From: an uncultured bacterium
GTDB taxonomy: Bacteria > Auribacterota > JACPWU01
Direction: 5' to 3'
DNA length: 32,000 bases
Assembly: GCA_964640155.1 (NCBI GenBank)
Contig: CAZXEQ010000007.1
Span: forward strand, 150,001 to 182,000
Each line of letters opens with the position of its first letter. Position 1 is the stretch's first letter. The notes beneath the pieces are model-generated. The model was not told the DNA's origin. It saw nothing but the letters and a program-made list of their open reading frames with translations, and searched no databases. Below are positions 8,996 through 16,569 of the stretch, piece after piece. The translations under genes were made by a program, and so were the position numbers.

Positions 8996-10411
8996 ATGGC
9001 TCGTCAGCGTTCAGTTGATTTTTGGCTTCTTGCTCTTCAAATTTTATTAGATTCTATTTTGCTTTATCTTTCCTTTTGTTTTGCTTTTTTTATTCGCTTT
9101 CATTCAGGCTTGTTTCAAGTCACTCGAGGAATGCCTTCATTTATTTCATATGCGGAAGTTTTTCCGGCTGCTACGGTTGTCATGCTTTTGGTCTTTAAAT
9201 CTATGGGATTGTATGTTAAAAAAGAATTTGGAAAGGAATTACAGCTTTTTCAAACCATCAAAGCTGTATCTTTAGGAACGTTTATTTTAACTTCTCTTAC
9301 CTTCCTTTATCGCGAAATTTCTTACTCACGACTCCTTGTGGTTATAGCTTGGTTTTTAGGCGCATTCATGATCGTCTTGGGAAGATTTTTAATGCGTTTT
9401 ATTAGAAAAAATATTTATCTTGTTTTAAAACTTCATAAAAATTTTCTTATTATTGGAGCTGGTGAATGCTCAAAGATTATTATGCAAAGTTTGCTTAAAG
9501 TTGATCCTGATCTTTATAAAGTTGTAGGAGTTCTAAACCACATAGAGCAAGTAGATTCATCTTTGACAGACTACAAAATATCATCCACTCTTCCTATTTT
9601 AGGATCTGTTGATCAACTGCCTGCATTACTGACATCACAAAAAATAGATGAAGTGATACTCACTGTACCAGGCTTAGAACATAAGAAAATTGTTGAAATT
9701 ATTTTGGCTTGTGAAAAGGAGATGGTGAATTTTAGAATGGTTCCTGATATCTTTGAGATCTTAACAACACAAGTTGAATTAGAAAATTTTCATGGAATTA
9801 CACTTTTAGGGCTTAAGCAATTTCCTTTAGAGAAAGCGATCAATCGTTTTTATAAGAGAACAGTTGATGTTCTGGGAGCAAGTTTTGGATTGATTCTTTT
9901 ATCGCCCCTTTTTTTGTTGATTGGTTGTTTGATTAAAAAAGATTCGGCAGGTACCATTTTTTATACACAAGAGCGCATTGGACAAGATGGAAAACATTTT
10001 ATGATGATTAAATTTCGAACCATGAGTCCTGATGCAGAGAAAAAAACGGGACCTGTGTGGGCAAAAGAGGATGATCCACGACGTACGCGCATCGGTGCAT
10101 TTTTGAGACGTTTTAATCTCGATGAGCTTCCTCAGCTTTGGAATGTTCTTAAGGCTGATATGAGTTTGGTGGGCCCCCGACCTGAAAGACCTCATTTTGT
10201 AAATGAGTTTAAGGGAAAAATTCCTAGATATATGTCACGGCATCGTATTAAATCAGGTATGACAGGTTGGGCCCAAGTGAATGGTCTTAGAGGAAATACT
10301 TCTATTTTAGAGCGAATAAAATATGATCTGTATTATCTTGAGAACTGGTCTATCTGGTTTGATTTAAAAATTATTTTAAAAACTTTTTTTGCTCGGCAAA
10401 ATGCTTATTGA
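8996..10411 (+). CDS. Polyprenyl-phosphate sugar phosphotransferase (WbaP/EpsB-type initiating transferase)
   Basis: Four or five N-terminal TM helices, a central Rossmann-like region, and the C-terminal bacterial sugar transferase domain with ...RRFNLDELPQLWNVLKADMSLVGPRPERP... and ...YYLENWSIWFDLKIILKT... Confidence 0.9.
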   Translation: MARQRSVDFWLLALQILLDSILLYLSFCFAFFIRFHSGLFQVTRGMPSFISYAEVFPAATVVMLLVFKSMGLYVKKEFGKELQLFQTIKAVSLGTFILTSLTFLYREISYSRLLVVIAWFLGAFMIVLGRFLMRFIRKNIYLVLKLHKNFLIIGAGECSKIIMQSLLKVDPDLYKVVGVLNHIEQVDSSLTDYKISSTLPILGSVDQLPALLTSQKIDEVILTVPGLEHKKIVEIILACEKEMVNFRMVPDIFEILTTQVELENFHGITLLGLKQFPLEKAINRFYKRTVDVLGASFGLILLSPLFLLIGCLIKKDSAGTIFYTQERIGQDGKHFMMIKFRTMSPDAEKKTGPVWAKEDDPRRTRIGAFLRRFNLDELPQLWNVLKADMSLVGPRPERPHFVNEFKGKIPRYMSRHRIKSGMTGWAQVNGLRGNTSILERIKYDLYYLENWSIWFDLKIILKTFFARQNAY

Positions 10412-10421
10412 AAAAGGTAAT

Positions 10422-10817
10422 ATGACTAAAAGTCCTAAAAAGAAAAACCCTGCTATTGCGTTTTTATTAGCCTATCTTTTCCCAGGGCTAGGTCATTTTT
10501 ATATGGGGAAAAGGGGACTTGGATTATTTCTTTTTGTCTCAATTGTGCTCACCTATGCCATCGGGATTTCTTTAGGGGGAGGTATTCTTTGGGATGAAAT
10601 GAATTTTTTAACGGTTTTGGCTTATATTGTAAAATTTTTTAACGGTTTTCCATTTTTAAGTACTTTGTTTTATCAAACTTTTTATGAGCTTTCGTTTTAT
10701 TTTAATGAAATGGGAACCACTTTTATTTTAATATCAGGGGCACTCAATTTACTGGTTATTATTCATTTGATCGAATTGTTGCTCAAAGGTAAGACAGAAT
10801 GCCAAGCGAATTCATAA
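10422..10817 (+). CDS. Small polytopic membrane protein (unknown function)
   Basis: ATG at 10422 follows the transferase stop, whereas track start 10389 overlaps it. Three or four hydrophobic helices, e.g. AIAFLLAYLFPGLGHFYMGKRGLGLFLFVSIVLTYAIGISLGG. No family assigned. Confidence 0.5.
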   Translation: MTKSPKKKNPAIAFLLAYLFPGLGHFYMGKRGLGLFLFVSIVLTYAIGISLGGGILWDEMNFLTVLAYIVKFFNGFPFLSTLFYQTFYELSFYFNEMGTTFILISGALNLLVIIHLIELLLKGKTECQANS

Positions 10818-10981
10818 AAAATGTTTTTCTGTTTCTTTATATTGCCTTTGTAGTTTCATTCGTATGGGTTTCTCTGACTCATGAAGGCCTTAAGAAAATC
10901 TTGCAAGAAGGAACAAAAAGTTTTTTAATCTTTGTAATTTGTGCAATCACTTTAGGAGTCATTGTTCATTTATTGAGCTAA
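10799..10981 (+). CDS. Small two-helix membrane protein (hypothetical)
   Basis: 60 aa with two hydrophobic segments (VFLFLYIAFVVSFVWVSL; FLIFVICAITLGVIVHLL). Same strand as, and tightly packed between, its neighbours. Coding status is unproven. Confidence 0.35.
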   Translation: MPSEFIKNVFLFLYIAFVVSFVWVSLTHEGLKKILQEGTKSFLIFVICAITLGVIVHLLS

Positions 10982-10985
10982 TATT

Positions 10986-11681
10986 ATGGGAACTCTCATT
11001 CATTTAGATTTTGTTGGAACACTCATTATTATCATCCTTGCTCTGTTTTCCGTCTATGGTTGGGCTGTTTTCTTAAATAAAATGAAGCTTTTAAGATCTA
11101 TTGATAAAAGTTCAAAAATTTTCTTAGAACGTTTTCGAAAAAGTGAAATGGATCCTTTGGGTTTTTATCGACAGAATTACGCAAAAGTAGAAGATCCTTC
11201 GCCTTTGGTCAAAATTTATAAAGTGGGTTGCCATGAATTAGAAGCCGTTTTAAAAACAAATGAAACGATTGCTCCTGGAGCGCAAAGAAGTGGGCCTGCT
11301 AAAATGTCTATTTTAGAATTAGAGAGCATTCAAAAGATTCTTCAGCGTACGACTTCTGAAGAAATGATGGCTCTTGAGAAATCTTTGGCTGTTCTCGCAA
11401 CAGCTTCTTCGGTAGGGCCTCTCTTAGGCCTTTTAGGCACAGTATGGGGCATTATGGATGCATTTGTGGGGATTGGAAAGAAGGGCACAGCTAGCATCAG
11501 TGCAGTTGCTCCAGGTGTGGCTGTGGCTTTGATTACAACAGTTATTGGTCTTCTAGTTGCAATTCCAGCTCTTATTGCTTATAACTTTTTTCAAAGCCGT
11601 TTCAATACCATCGCTATTAAGACTGATAATTTTGCCTCTGAATTTTTATCTGCAGTTGAGAAGAAACACGTTCTACGCTAG
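10986..11681 (+). CDS. MotA/TolQ/ExbB-family proton channel
   Basis: Three-TM topology and conserved C-terminal region ...LATASSVGPLLGLLGTVWGIMDAF...VAPGVAVALITTVIGLLVAIPALIAYNFF... Confidence 0.85.
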   Translation: MGTLIHLDFVGTLIIIILALFSVYGWAVFLNKMKLLRSIDKSSKIFLERFRKSEMDPLGFYRQNYAKVEDPSPLVKIYKVGCHELEAVLKTNETIAPGAQRSGPAKMSILELESIQKILQRTTSEEMMALEKSLAVLATASSVGPLLGLLGTVWGIMDAFVGIGKKGTASISAVAPGVAVALITTVIGLLVAIPALIAYNFFQSRFNTIAIKTDNFASEFLSAVEKKHVLR

Positions 11682-11699
11682 GATTCAGGATAGCTCCAC

Positions 11700-12110
11700 A
11701 TGATATCTACAAAGCAGCGCTCCAAAAAGATTGTCAGCGATATCAACATGACCAATTTGGTCGATGTCACCATGACTTTGCTGATCGTTTTTATTCTATT
11801 GGCTCCGGTGATTGAAACAGGAATTGATTTAAAATTGCCTCAAGCCTCTTCACAAAAGGTAGATACGCCACAAGAAGTAACAAGTCTTAGCGTTTCAAAA
11901 GAGGGAGTTATTTTCTGGAATTCAGAAATGATTAGTTTAGAAGAACTTCCAAATCGTATTGAAACAGAAAAAGAAAAAAAACCAAATCTAGCAATTTTAT
12001 TGCGAGGTGATACCAGCACTTCTTATGGTCAAATGGTTAAGGTTTTAGATATTCTTCGCAATGAAGGAATTGATCAAATTGACATTGCAACTGAAGCTGA
12101 GACAAAATAA
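11700..12110 (+). CDS. ExbD/TolR-family protein
   Basis: ...INMTNLVDVTMTLLIVFILLAP... N-terminal TM signature, 136 aa, immediately downstream of the TolQ/ExbB homologue. Confidence 0.85.
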   Translation: MISTKQRSKKIVSDINMTNLVDVTMTLLIVFILLAPVIETGIDLKLPQASSQKVDTPQEVTSLSVSKEGVIFWNSEMISLEELPNRIETEKEKKPNLAILLRGDTSTSYGQMVKVLDILRNEGIDQIDIATEAETK

Positions 12111-12125
12111 AATTTTTTTTGAATC

Positions 12126-12161
12126 AATTGTTAACCTTTTTTTTATTGCAGGTTAACAATT
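12126..12161. promoter_or_regulatory. Candidate BirA (biotin repressor) operator
   Basis: Perfect 11-bp inverted repeat AATTGTTAACC (12126-12136) - N14 - GGTTAACAATT (12151-12161), ending 1 nt before the ATG at 12162. Half-sites TTGTTAACC/GGTTAACAA resemble the E. coli bioO half-sites TTGTAAACC/GGTTTACAA with a similar spacer. The downstream operon contains bioF and bioA. Confidence 0.6.
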
Positions 12162-12944
12162 ATGCCCTCTCAAATTGTTTTGATTACAGGAGTGTCAGGG
12201 GGACTGGGCATTGAGTTAGCGTTAGCTTTTGCAAATAGGGGAGACATCGTTTTAGGCGTTTATCATCAAAATCATATTGCTATTACAAAGTTAGAAGAGA
12301 ACATTAAGAGAATAGGAGGTTTTTGTCAGTTTTATCAATGCGACATTCGTCAGGAGAAAGAGGTAAAAAAGCTTTTTCTTGCAATTGCATCGCGTTGGGG
12401 AAAATTGGATGGACTGATCAATAATGCAGGCATTATTCGGGATCAGAATATTTTAAAAATGTCTTACGAAGATTGGGATGAAGTTATCCAAGTTAATTTA
12501 ACAGGTTCTTTTTTTTGTTTGAAAGAAGCTATTTCTTTACTCACTAAAGAACAATTAAAAAAATCAAAATTCATTATCAATATTGTTTCGCTTCGAGGAC
12601 TTACTGGAAATGAGGGACAAACAAATTATTCTGCGTCAAAAGCCGGATTGATTGCTTTAACACAAACTGCTGCATTGGAGTTGAATCCTTTTGGAATTAA
12701 AGTTAATGCAGTTATTCCAGGACTTTTAGAGACGCAAATGAGCAAAGGAAGTAAGGCACTCAAAGACTTTTCAGAGCGTTTGCCATCTGATATTGCTCAA
12801 TGGATTGTAAAAATAGCTTCTCTCCAAGAAACCACAGGTCAATTATTTATTTTAGAAAATCGAGTGACTAAATATGCAAATTTGCCAATATCCTTCTCGA
12901 GTTGTAATTACGGGGATGGGAATTTCAACAGCGATTGGAACTAA
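12162..12944 (+). CDS. Short-chain dehydrogenase/reductase, 3-oxoacyl-ACP reductase (FabG)-like
   Basis: TGVSGGLGIELA (TGxxxGxG), NNAGI, and the catalytic S...YSASKAG (YxxxK). The 3' end overlaps the next gene by 71 nt. Confidence 0.85.
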   Translation: MPSQIVLITGVSGGLGIELALAFANRGDIVLGVYHQNHIAITKLEENIKRIGGFCQFYQCDIRQEKEVKKLFLAIASRWGKLDGLINNAGIIRDQNILKMSYEDWDEVIQVNLTGSFFCLKEAISLLTKEQLKKSKFIINIVSLRGLTGNEGQTNYSASKAGLIALTQTAALELNPFGIKVNAVIPGLLETQMSKGSKALKDFSERLPSDIAQWIVKIASLQETTGQLFILENRVTKYANLPISFSSCNYGDGNFNSDWN

Positions 12945-14037
12945 GATTTCCAAAGCTTGGGAAGCACTTGAAAAAGGAGAATCTGGAATAAAAACGCTTT
13001 CTTTTGATCAGCTCAAAATTCCAGCTGGATATGTCTCAAGTCTATCTTCTGAAAATAAAAAAGCTGAATTGCTTGCGTTGAATGCATCTGAAGAAGCCTT
13101 AAAAGATTCTGGTCTTGAAATAAAGAATATCCCCTCTGAAAGAATTGGAATTTGTGTGAGTTCTAGCAAGGGGGATTTTGAAGATATTCTAAACCCTACA
13201 AATGGATTTTTTTTGGAGAAAATTAATTCTAGACTGGTTCAATATTATCAAACTTCAGGACCTTCTCTTAATCTTGTGGGGGCTTGTTCAACGGGTCTTC
13301 AATCTGTCTCATGGGGAACACGCTGGATACAAGAAAATAAATGTGACATAGTTTTTGCTGGAGCCAGTGACTCGGTTCTTCATCCCTTTTTGATTCATGC
13401 CTATGAACAGGCAGGCATTCTAGCGAAAATTGACTCTAAATCTCCCCAGAAAAATATTAAACCTTTTGATCGAGATAGAACTGGAACCGTTTTGGGCGAG
13501 GGCAGCGGGGTGGTGATTCTGGAGTCTTTAGAATTAGCTCAAAAAAGAGGCGCGAAGATTTATGGAGAAATTTTGTCCTCCTATTACGGAATTGACCCTT
13601 TTCATCCGATTCGTATGAATCCAGATGGATCTAGTGTGGCACAAATCTTTCAACATCTTTTTCAAAAATCTCAATATTCTATGGATAATGTTGACTTGAT
13701 TCATCTTCATGGTACAGGTACAGTTTGGAATGATTTGATAGAAACACGTGGAATTAAAAGTTTTTTTAAAGAGCAGGCAAAAAAAATTTCATTTTGTGCC
13801 ACCAAACCTTTTACAGGACATTTAATTGGGGCCAGTGGCGTTGTAGAACTTATTTTTAGTCTATTAGCTATGAAGCATGGGTTTGTTCCCCCCACACTTA
13901 ATTTGGAAGAAACAGACCCTGAATGCGATCTTGATTATACCCCTGGTTATGGAAAAGAGAAAACCATACGGTCTTTGATTGGCTTGGCATATGGTTTTGG
14001 TGGTCATATCTCAGGAATTCTTGTGAGAAAGATATAA
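12874..14037 (+). CDS. Beta-ketoacyl-ACP synthase I/II-like (FabF/FabB family)
   Basis: RVVITGMGISTAIG N-terminus and a Cys-His-His triad context: GACSTG, HLHGTGT, KPFTGHLIGASG. C-terminal ...GFGGHISGILVRK. Confidence 0.85.
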   Translation: MQICQYPSRVVITGMGISTAIGTKISKAWEALEKGESGIKTLSFDQLKIPAGYVSSLSSENKKAELLALNASEEALKDSGLEIKNIPSERIGICVSSSKGDFEDILNPTNGFFLEKINSRLVQYYQTSGPSLNLVGACSTGLQSVSWGTRWIQENKCDIVFAGASDSVLHPFLIHAYEQAGILAKIDSKSPQKNIKPFDRDRTGTVLGEGSGVVILESLELAQKRGAKIYGEILSSYYGIDPFHPIRMNPDGSSVAQIFQHLFQKSQYSMDNVDLIHLHGTGTVWNDLIETRGIKSFFKEQAKKISFCATKPFTGHLIGASGVVELIFSLLAMKHGFVPPTLNLEETDPECDLDYTPGYGKEKTIRSLIGLAYGFGGHISGILVRKI

Positions 14038-14038
14038 T

Positions 14039-15226
14039 ATGAGACATTTTGATTTTTTAAATCAAGAATTGATGGATATTCACACTAAAAATCGCTTTCG
14101 CGAATTCCAAACGATTACATCAAATTCCGGACCATCTATTACTCTGGGGAATAAAAAACTTATTAATTTTGGATCAAATAATTATTTAGGACTTGCACAA
14201 AACTTCCAAGTGAAATGGTCCTCTATTATAAGCACATGGCAGTTTGGAACAGGTTCGGGAGCTTCTAGGCTTATCTCTGGCAATACAACCGCTCATGACG
14301 CTTTAGAACGCATGATTGCTTCATTTAAAGGGGCTGAATCAGCTCTTGTTTATCCTACAGGTTATATGGCCAATTTAGGGGTAATTTCTGCTTTAATCGA
14401 ACCAGAAGATGTTGTCATTCTAGATCGTCTTAATCATGCTAGCATCGTTGATGCCTGTCTTCTTTCCAAAGCGAAAATATGGGTTTATCCTCATAAAAAT
14501 CTTGAACGTCTCAACGAAGTTCTCGAAAATGCTAAAAAAAGGAATTTTCGTCGAAAATGGGTCATTACAGAAAGTCTTTTTAGTATGGATGGGGATATTG
14601 CTCCATTGCCAGAAATTCTAAAAATTTGTGAAAACCATCAGGCCTTTCTTATGATTGACGAAGCTCATGCTACAGGAGTTCTTGGAGAAAATGGAAGAGG
14701 AGCATTAGAATACTTTGACATTGATCCTAAAAGAGTTTCTATCATCATGGGAACTTTAAGTAAAGCATTGGGATCTTTAGGTGGATTTATTGCGGGGGAA
14801 AAAGAACTTATTGATTACTTGAGAAATCGATCTAAAACTTTTATTTATACAACAGGACTTCCTTCTTCAGTTTGCGCAGGATCTCTTAAATCAATTCAGT
14901 TGATTGTAAAATCAAATCAATTAGTTAAAAAACTTAAAGCAAATATTGATTATTTTTATGAGGGATTAACAAAAGTTGGCATGGATTGCCCAAAAGAAAA
15001 AACACCCATTATCCCTATCATTACAGGAACTGAGTTGGATACGATGAAAGCTTCTCAAAAATTAAAAGAAGAAGGTTTTTTTGTCCCAGGTATCCGTCCG
15101 CCTACGGTTCCAGAGGGAGAAGGGCGATTACGCATCAGTTTAATGGCAACACATACAAGACAACAGATGGACGGAGTATTGGGAACAATAAAATCTATTT
15201 TTAAAAATCATGAAATCACAAAATAA
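14039..15226 (+). CDS. bioF: 8-amino-7-oxononanoate synthase (alpha-oxoamine synthase family)
   Basis: ...GSGASRLISGNTTAHDALE...YPTGYMANLG...DEAHATGVLGENGRG...GTLSKALGSLGGF (PLP lysine). Adjacent to bioA and downstream of a BirA-like operator. Confidence 0.8.
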   Translation: MRHFDFLNQELMDIHTKNRFREFQTITSNSGPSITLGNKKLINFGSNNYLGLAQNFQVKWSSIISTWQFGTGSGASRLISGNTTAHDALERMIASFKGAESALVYPTGYMANLGVISALIEPEDVVILDRLNHASIVDACLLSKAKIWVYPHKNLERLNEVLENAKKRNFRRKWVITESLFSMDGDIAPLPEILKICENHQAFLMIDEAHATGVLGENGRGALEYFDIDPKRVSIIMGTLSKALGSLGGFIAGEKELIDYLRNRSKTFIYTTGLPSSVCAGSLKSIQLIVKSNQLVKKLKANIDYFYEGLTKVGMDCPKEKTPIIPIITGTELDTMKASQKLKEEGFFVPGIRPPTVPEGEGRLRISLMATHTRQQMDGVLGTIKSIFKNHEITK

Positions 15227-16553
15227 AACTAGGACTCTTCAAAAGTTCGATAAACAATATGTTTGGCATCCCTTTACCCAGATGAAAGACTGGGTCAAAG
15301 GCGATCCCTTAATTATTGAAAGTGGAAAGGGGAACACTCTTATTGATAGTGATGGCCATTCGTATTTAGATGGCGTTTCATCTTTATGGACTAATGTTCA
15401 TGGTCATCAAAAAAAAGAAATTGATCAAGCCATTCAAAAACAACTGAAAAAAATTGCACATAGCACACTTCTAGGTCTCTCTAATATTCCTTCTATCAAA
15501 TTAGCAAAAGAGCTTATTCAAATTGCTCCTAAAGGTCTTACAAAAGTTTTCTATTCAGACAACGGCTCCACAGCGGTAGAGGTTGCTCTTAAAATGGCCT
15601 ATCAGTATTGGCAACACATAGGGCCTGGGTCATCGAGAACAAAATTTATCGGTTTTAAGGAAGCCTATCATGGAGATACGATTGGCTCTGTCAGTGTTGG
15701 AGGAGTAGAATTATTTCATCATGCATTTAAACCTCTTCTCTTTGATGTCATTAGATTTGCTTCTCCATATTTTTTTAAGAATCAACCGGAAGTTTTGCTA
15801 GATCAAATAGAAAAAGAAATCATTCGAGAGAAAAATAAAATCATTGGCATAGTGATGGAACCTCTGATTCAAGGTGCTGCCGGCATGTTGACCCATCCCA
15901 AAGGCTTTCTGCGTTCCATAAGAAATTTATGTGATCGATATAATCTGCTCTTGATTGTTGACGAAGTAGCGACAGGTTTTGGAAAAACAGGAAAGATGTT
16001 TGCCTGTGAAAATGAAAATGTTAGTCCAGATCTAATGGCTATTGCAAAAGGTATTTCAGGTGGCTATCTTCCGCTCGCAGCAACTTTGGTAAAAGAAAAA
16101 ATTTATCAGGCCTTTTTAGGAGAGCAGCATCAGTTCAAAACTTTTTTTCATGGACATACTTATACAGGGAATCCTTTGGCTTGCGCAGCAGGACTAGCTT
16201 CATTCAAAATTTTTAAAAAAGAAAATGTCCTTAAAAAATTACAGAAGAAGATTCAGATTTTTAAGGAAGGCTTAAAATTATTCTCAAAACTTCCTCATGT
16301 TGTAGAAATTCGTCAATGTGGTGTCATGATCGGGATAGATCTTGTTAAAAATAAATCTCCTCGCAAAGACTATTTACCTGAGGAAAAAATTGGAATTCGT
16401 GTTTGTCAAGAAGCCAGAAAAAGGGGAGTTATCTTGAGACCTCTTGGAAATGTCATCGTTTTGATGCCTCCACTCTCTATTCAACATAATGAGATAAAAA
16501 AACTGCTCGGAAGCACGTATCATGCCATCCGAGCAGTTACAGAATCATTTTAA
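15210..16553 (+). CDS. bioA: Adenosylmethionine-8-amino-7-oxononanoate aminotransferase
   Basis: Hallmark BioA N-terminus ...DKQYVWHPFTQMKDW...IIESGKGNTLIDSDGHSYLDGVSSLWTNVHGH..., then ...DEVATGFGKTGKMFA...FFHGHTYTGNPLACAA... Confidence 0.9.
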   Translation: MKSQNKTRTLQKFDKQYVWHPFTQMKDWVKGDPLIIESGKGNTLIDSDGHSYLDGVSSLWTNVHGHQKKEIDQAIQKQLKKIAHSTLLGLSNIPSIKLAKELIQIAPKGLTKVFYSDNGSTAVEVALKMAYQYWQHIGPGSSRTKFIGFKEAYHGDTIGSVSVGGVELFHHAFKPLLFDVIRFASPYFFKNQPEVLLDQIEKEIIREKNKIIGIVMEPLIQGAAGMLTHPKGFLRSIRNLCDRYNLLLIVDEVATGFGKTGKMFACENENVSPDLMAIAKGISGGYLPLAATLVKEKIYQAFLGEQHQFKTFFHGHTYTGNPLACAAGLASFKIFKKENVLKKLQKKIQIFKEGLKLFSKLPHVVEIRQCGVMIGIDLVKNKSPRKDYLPEEKIGIRVCQEARKRGVILRPLGNVIVLMPPLSIQHNEIKKLLGSTYHAIRAVTESF

Positions 16554-16569
16554 ACGCGAAACAGAATTC

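Noticed and set aside
14039-15226. The alpha-oxoamine synthase could be a serine palmitoyltransferase, making SDR+KAS+AOS a sphingolipid-type or aminolipid cluster
   Set aside because: The next gene has the hallmark BioA N-terminus (YVWHPFTQM...WTNVHGH), and the operon is fronted by a BirA-type operator. The biotin assignment is therefore better supported, although substrate specificity cannot be proven from the sequence.
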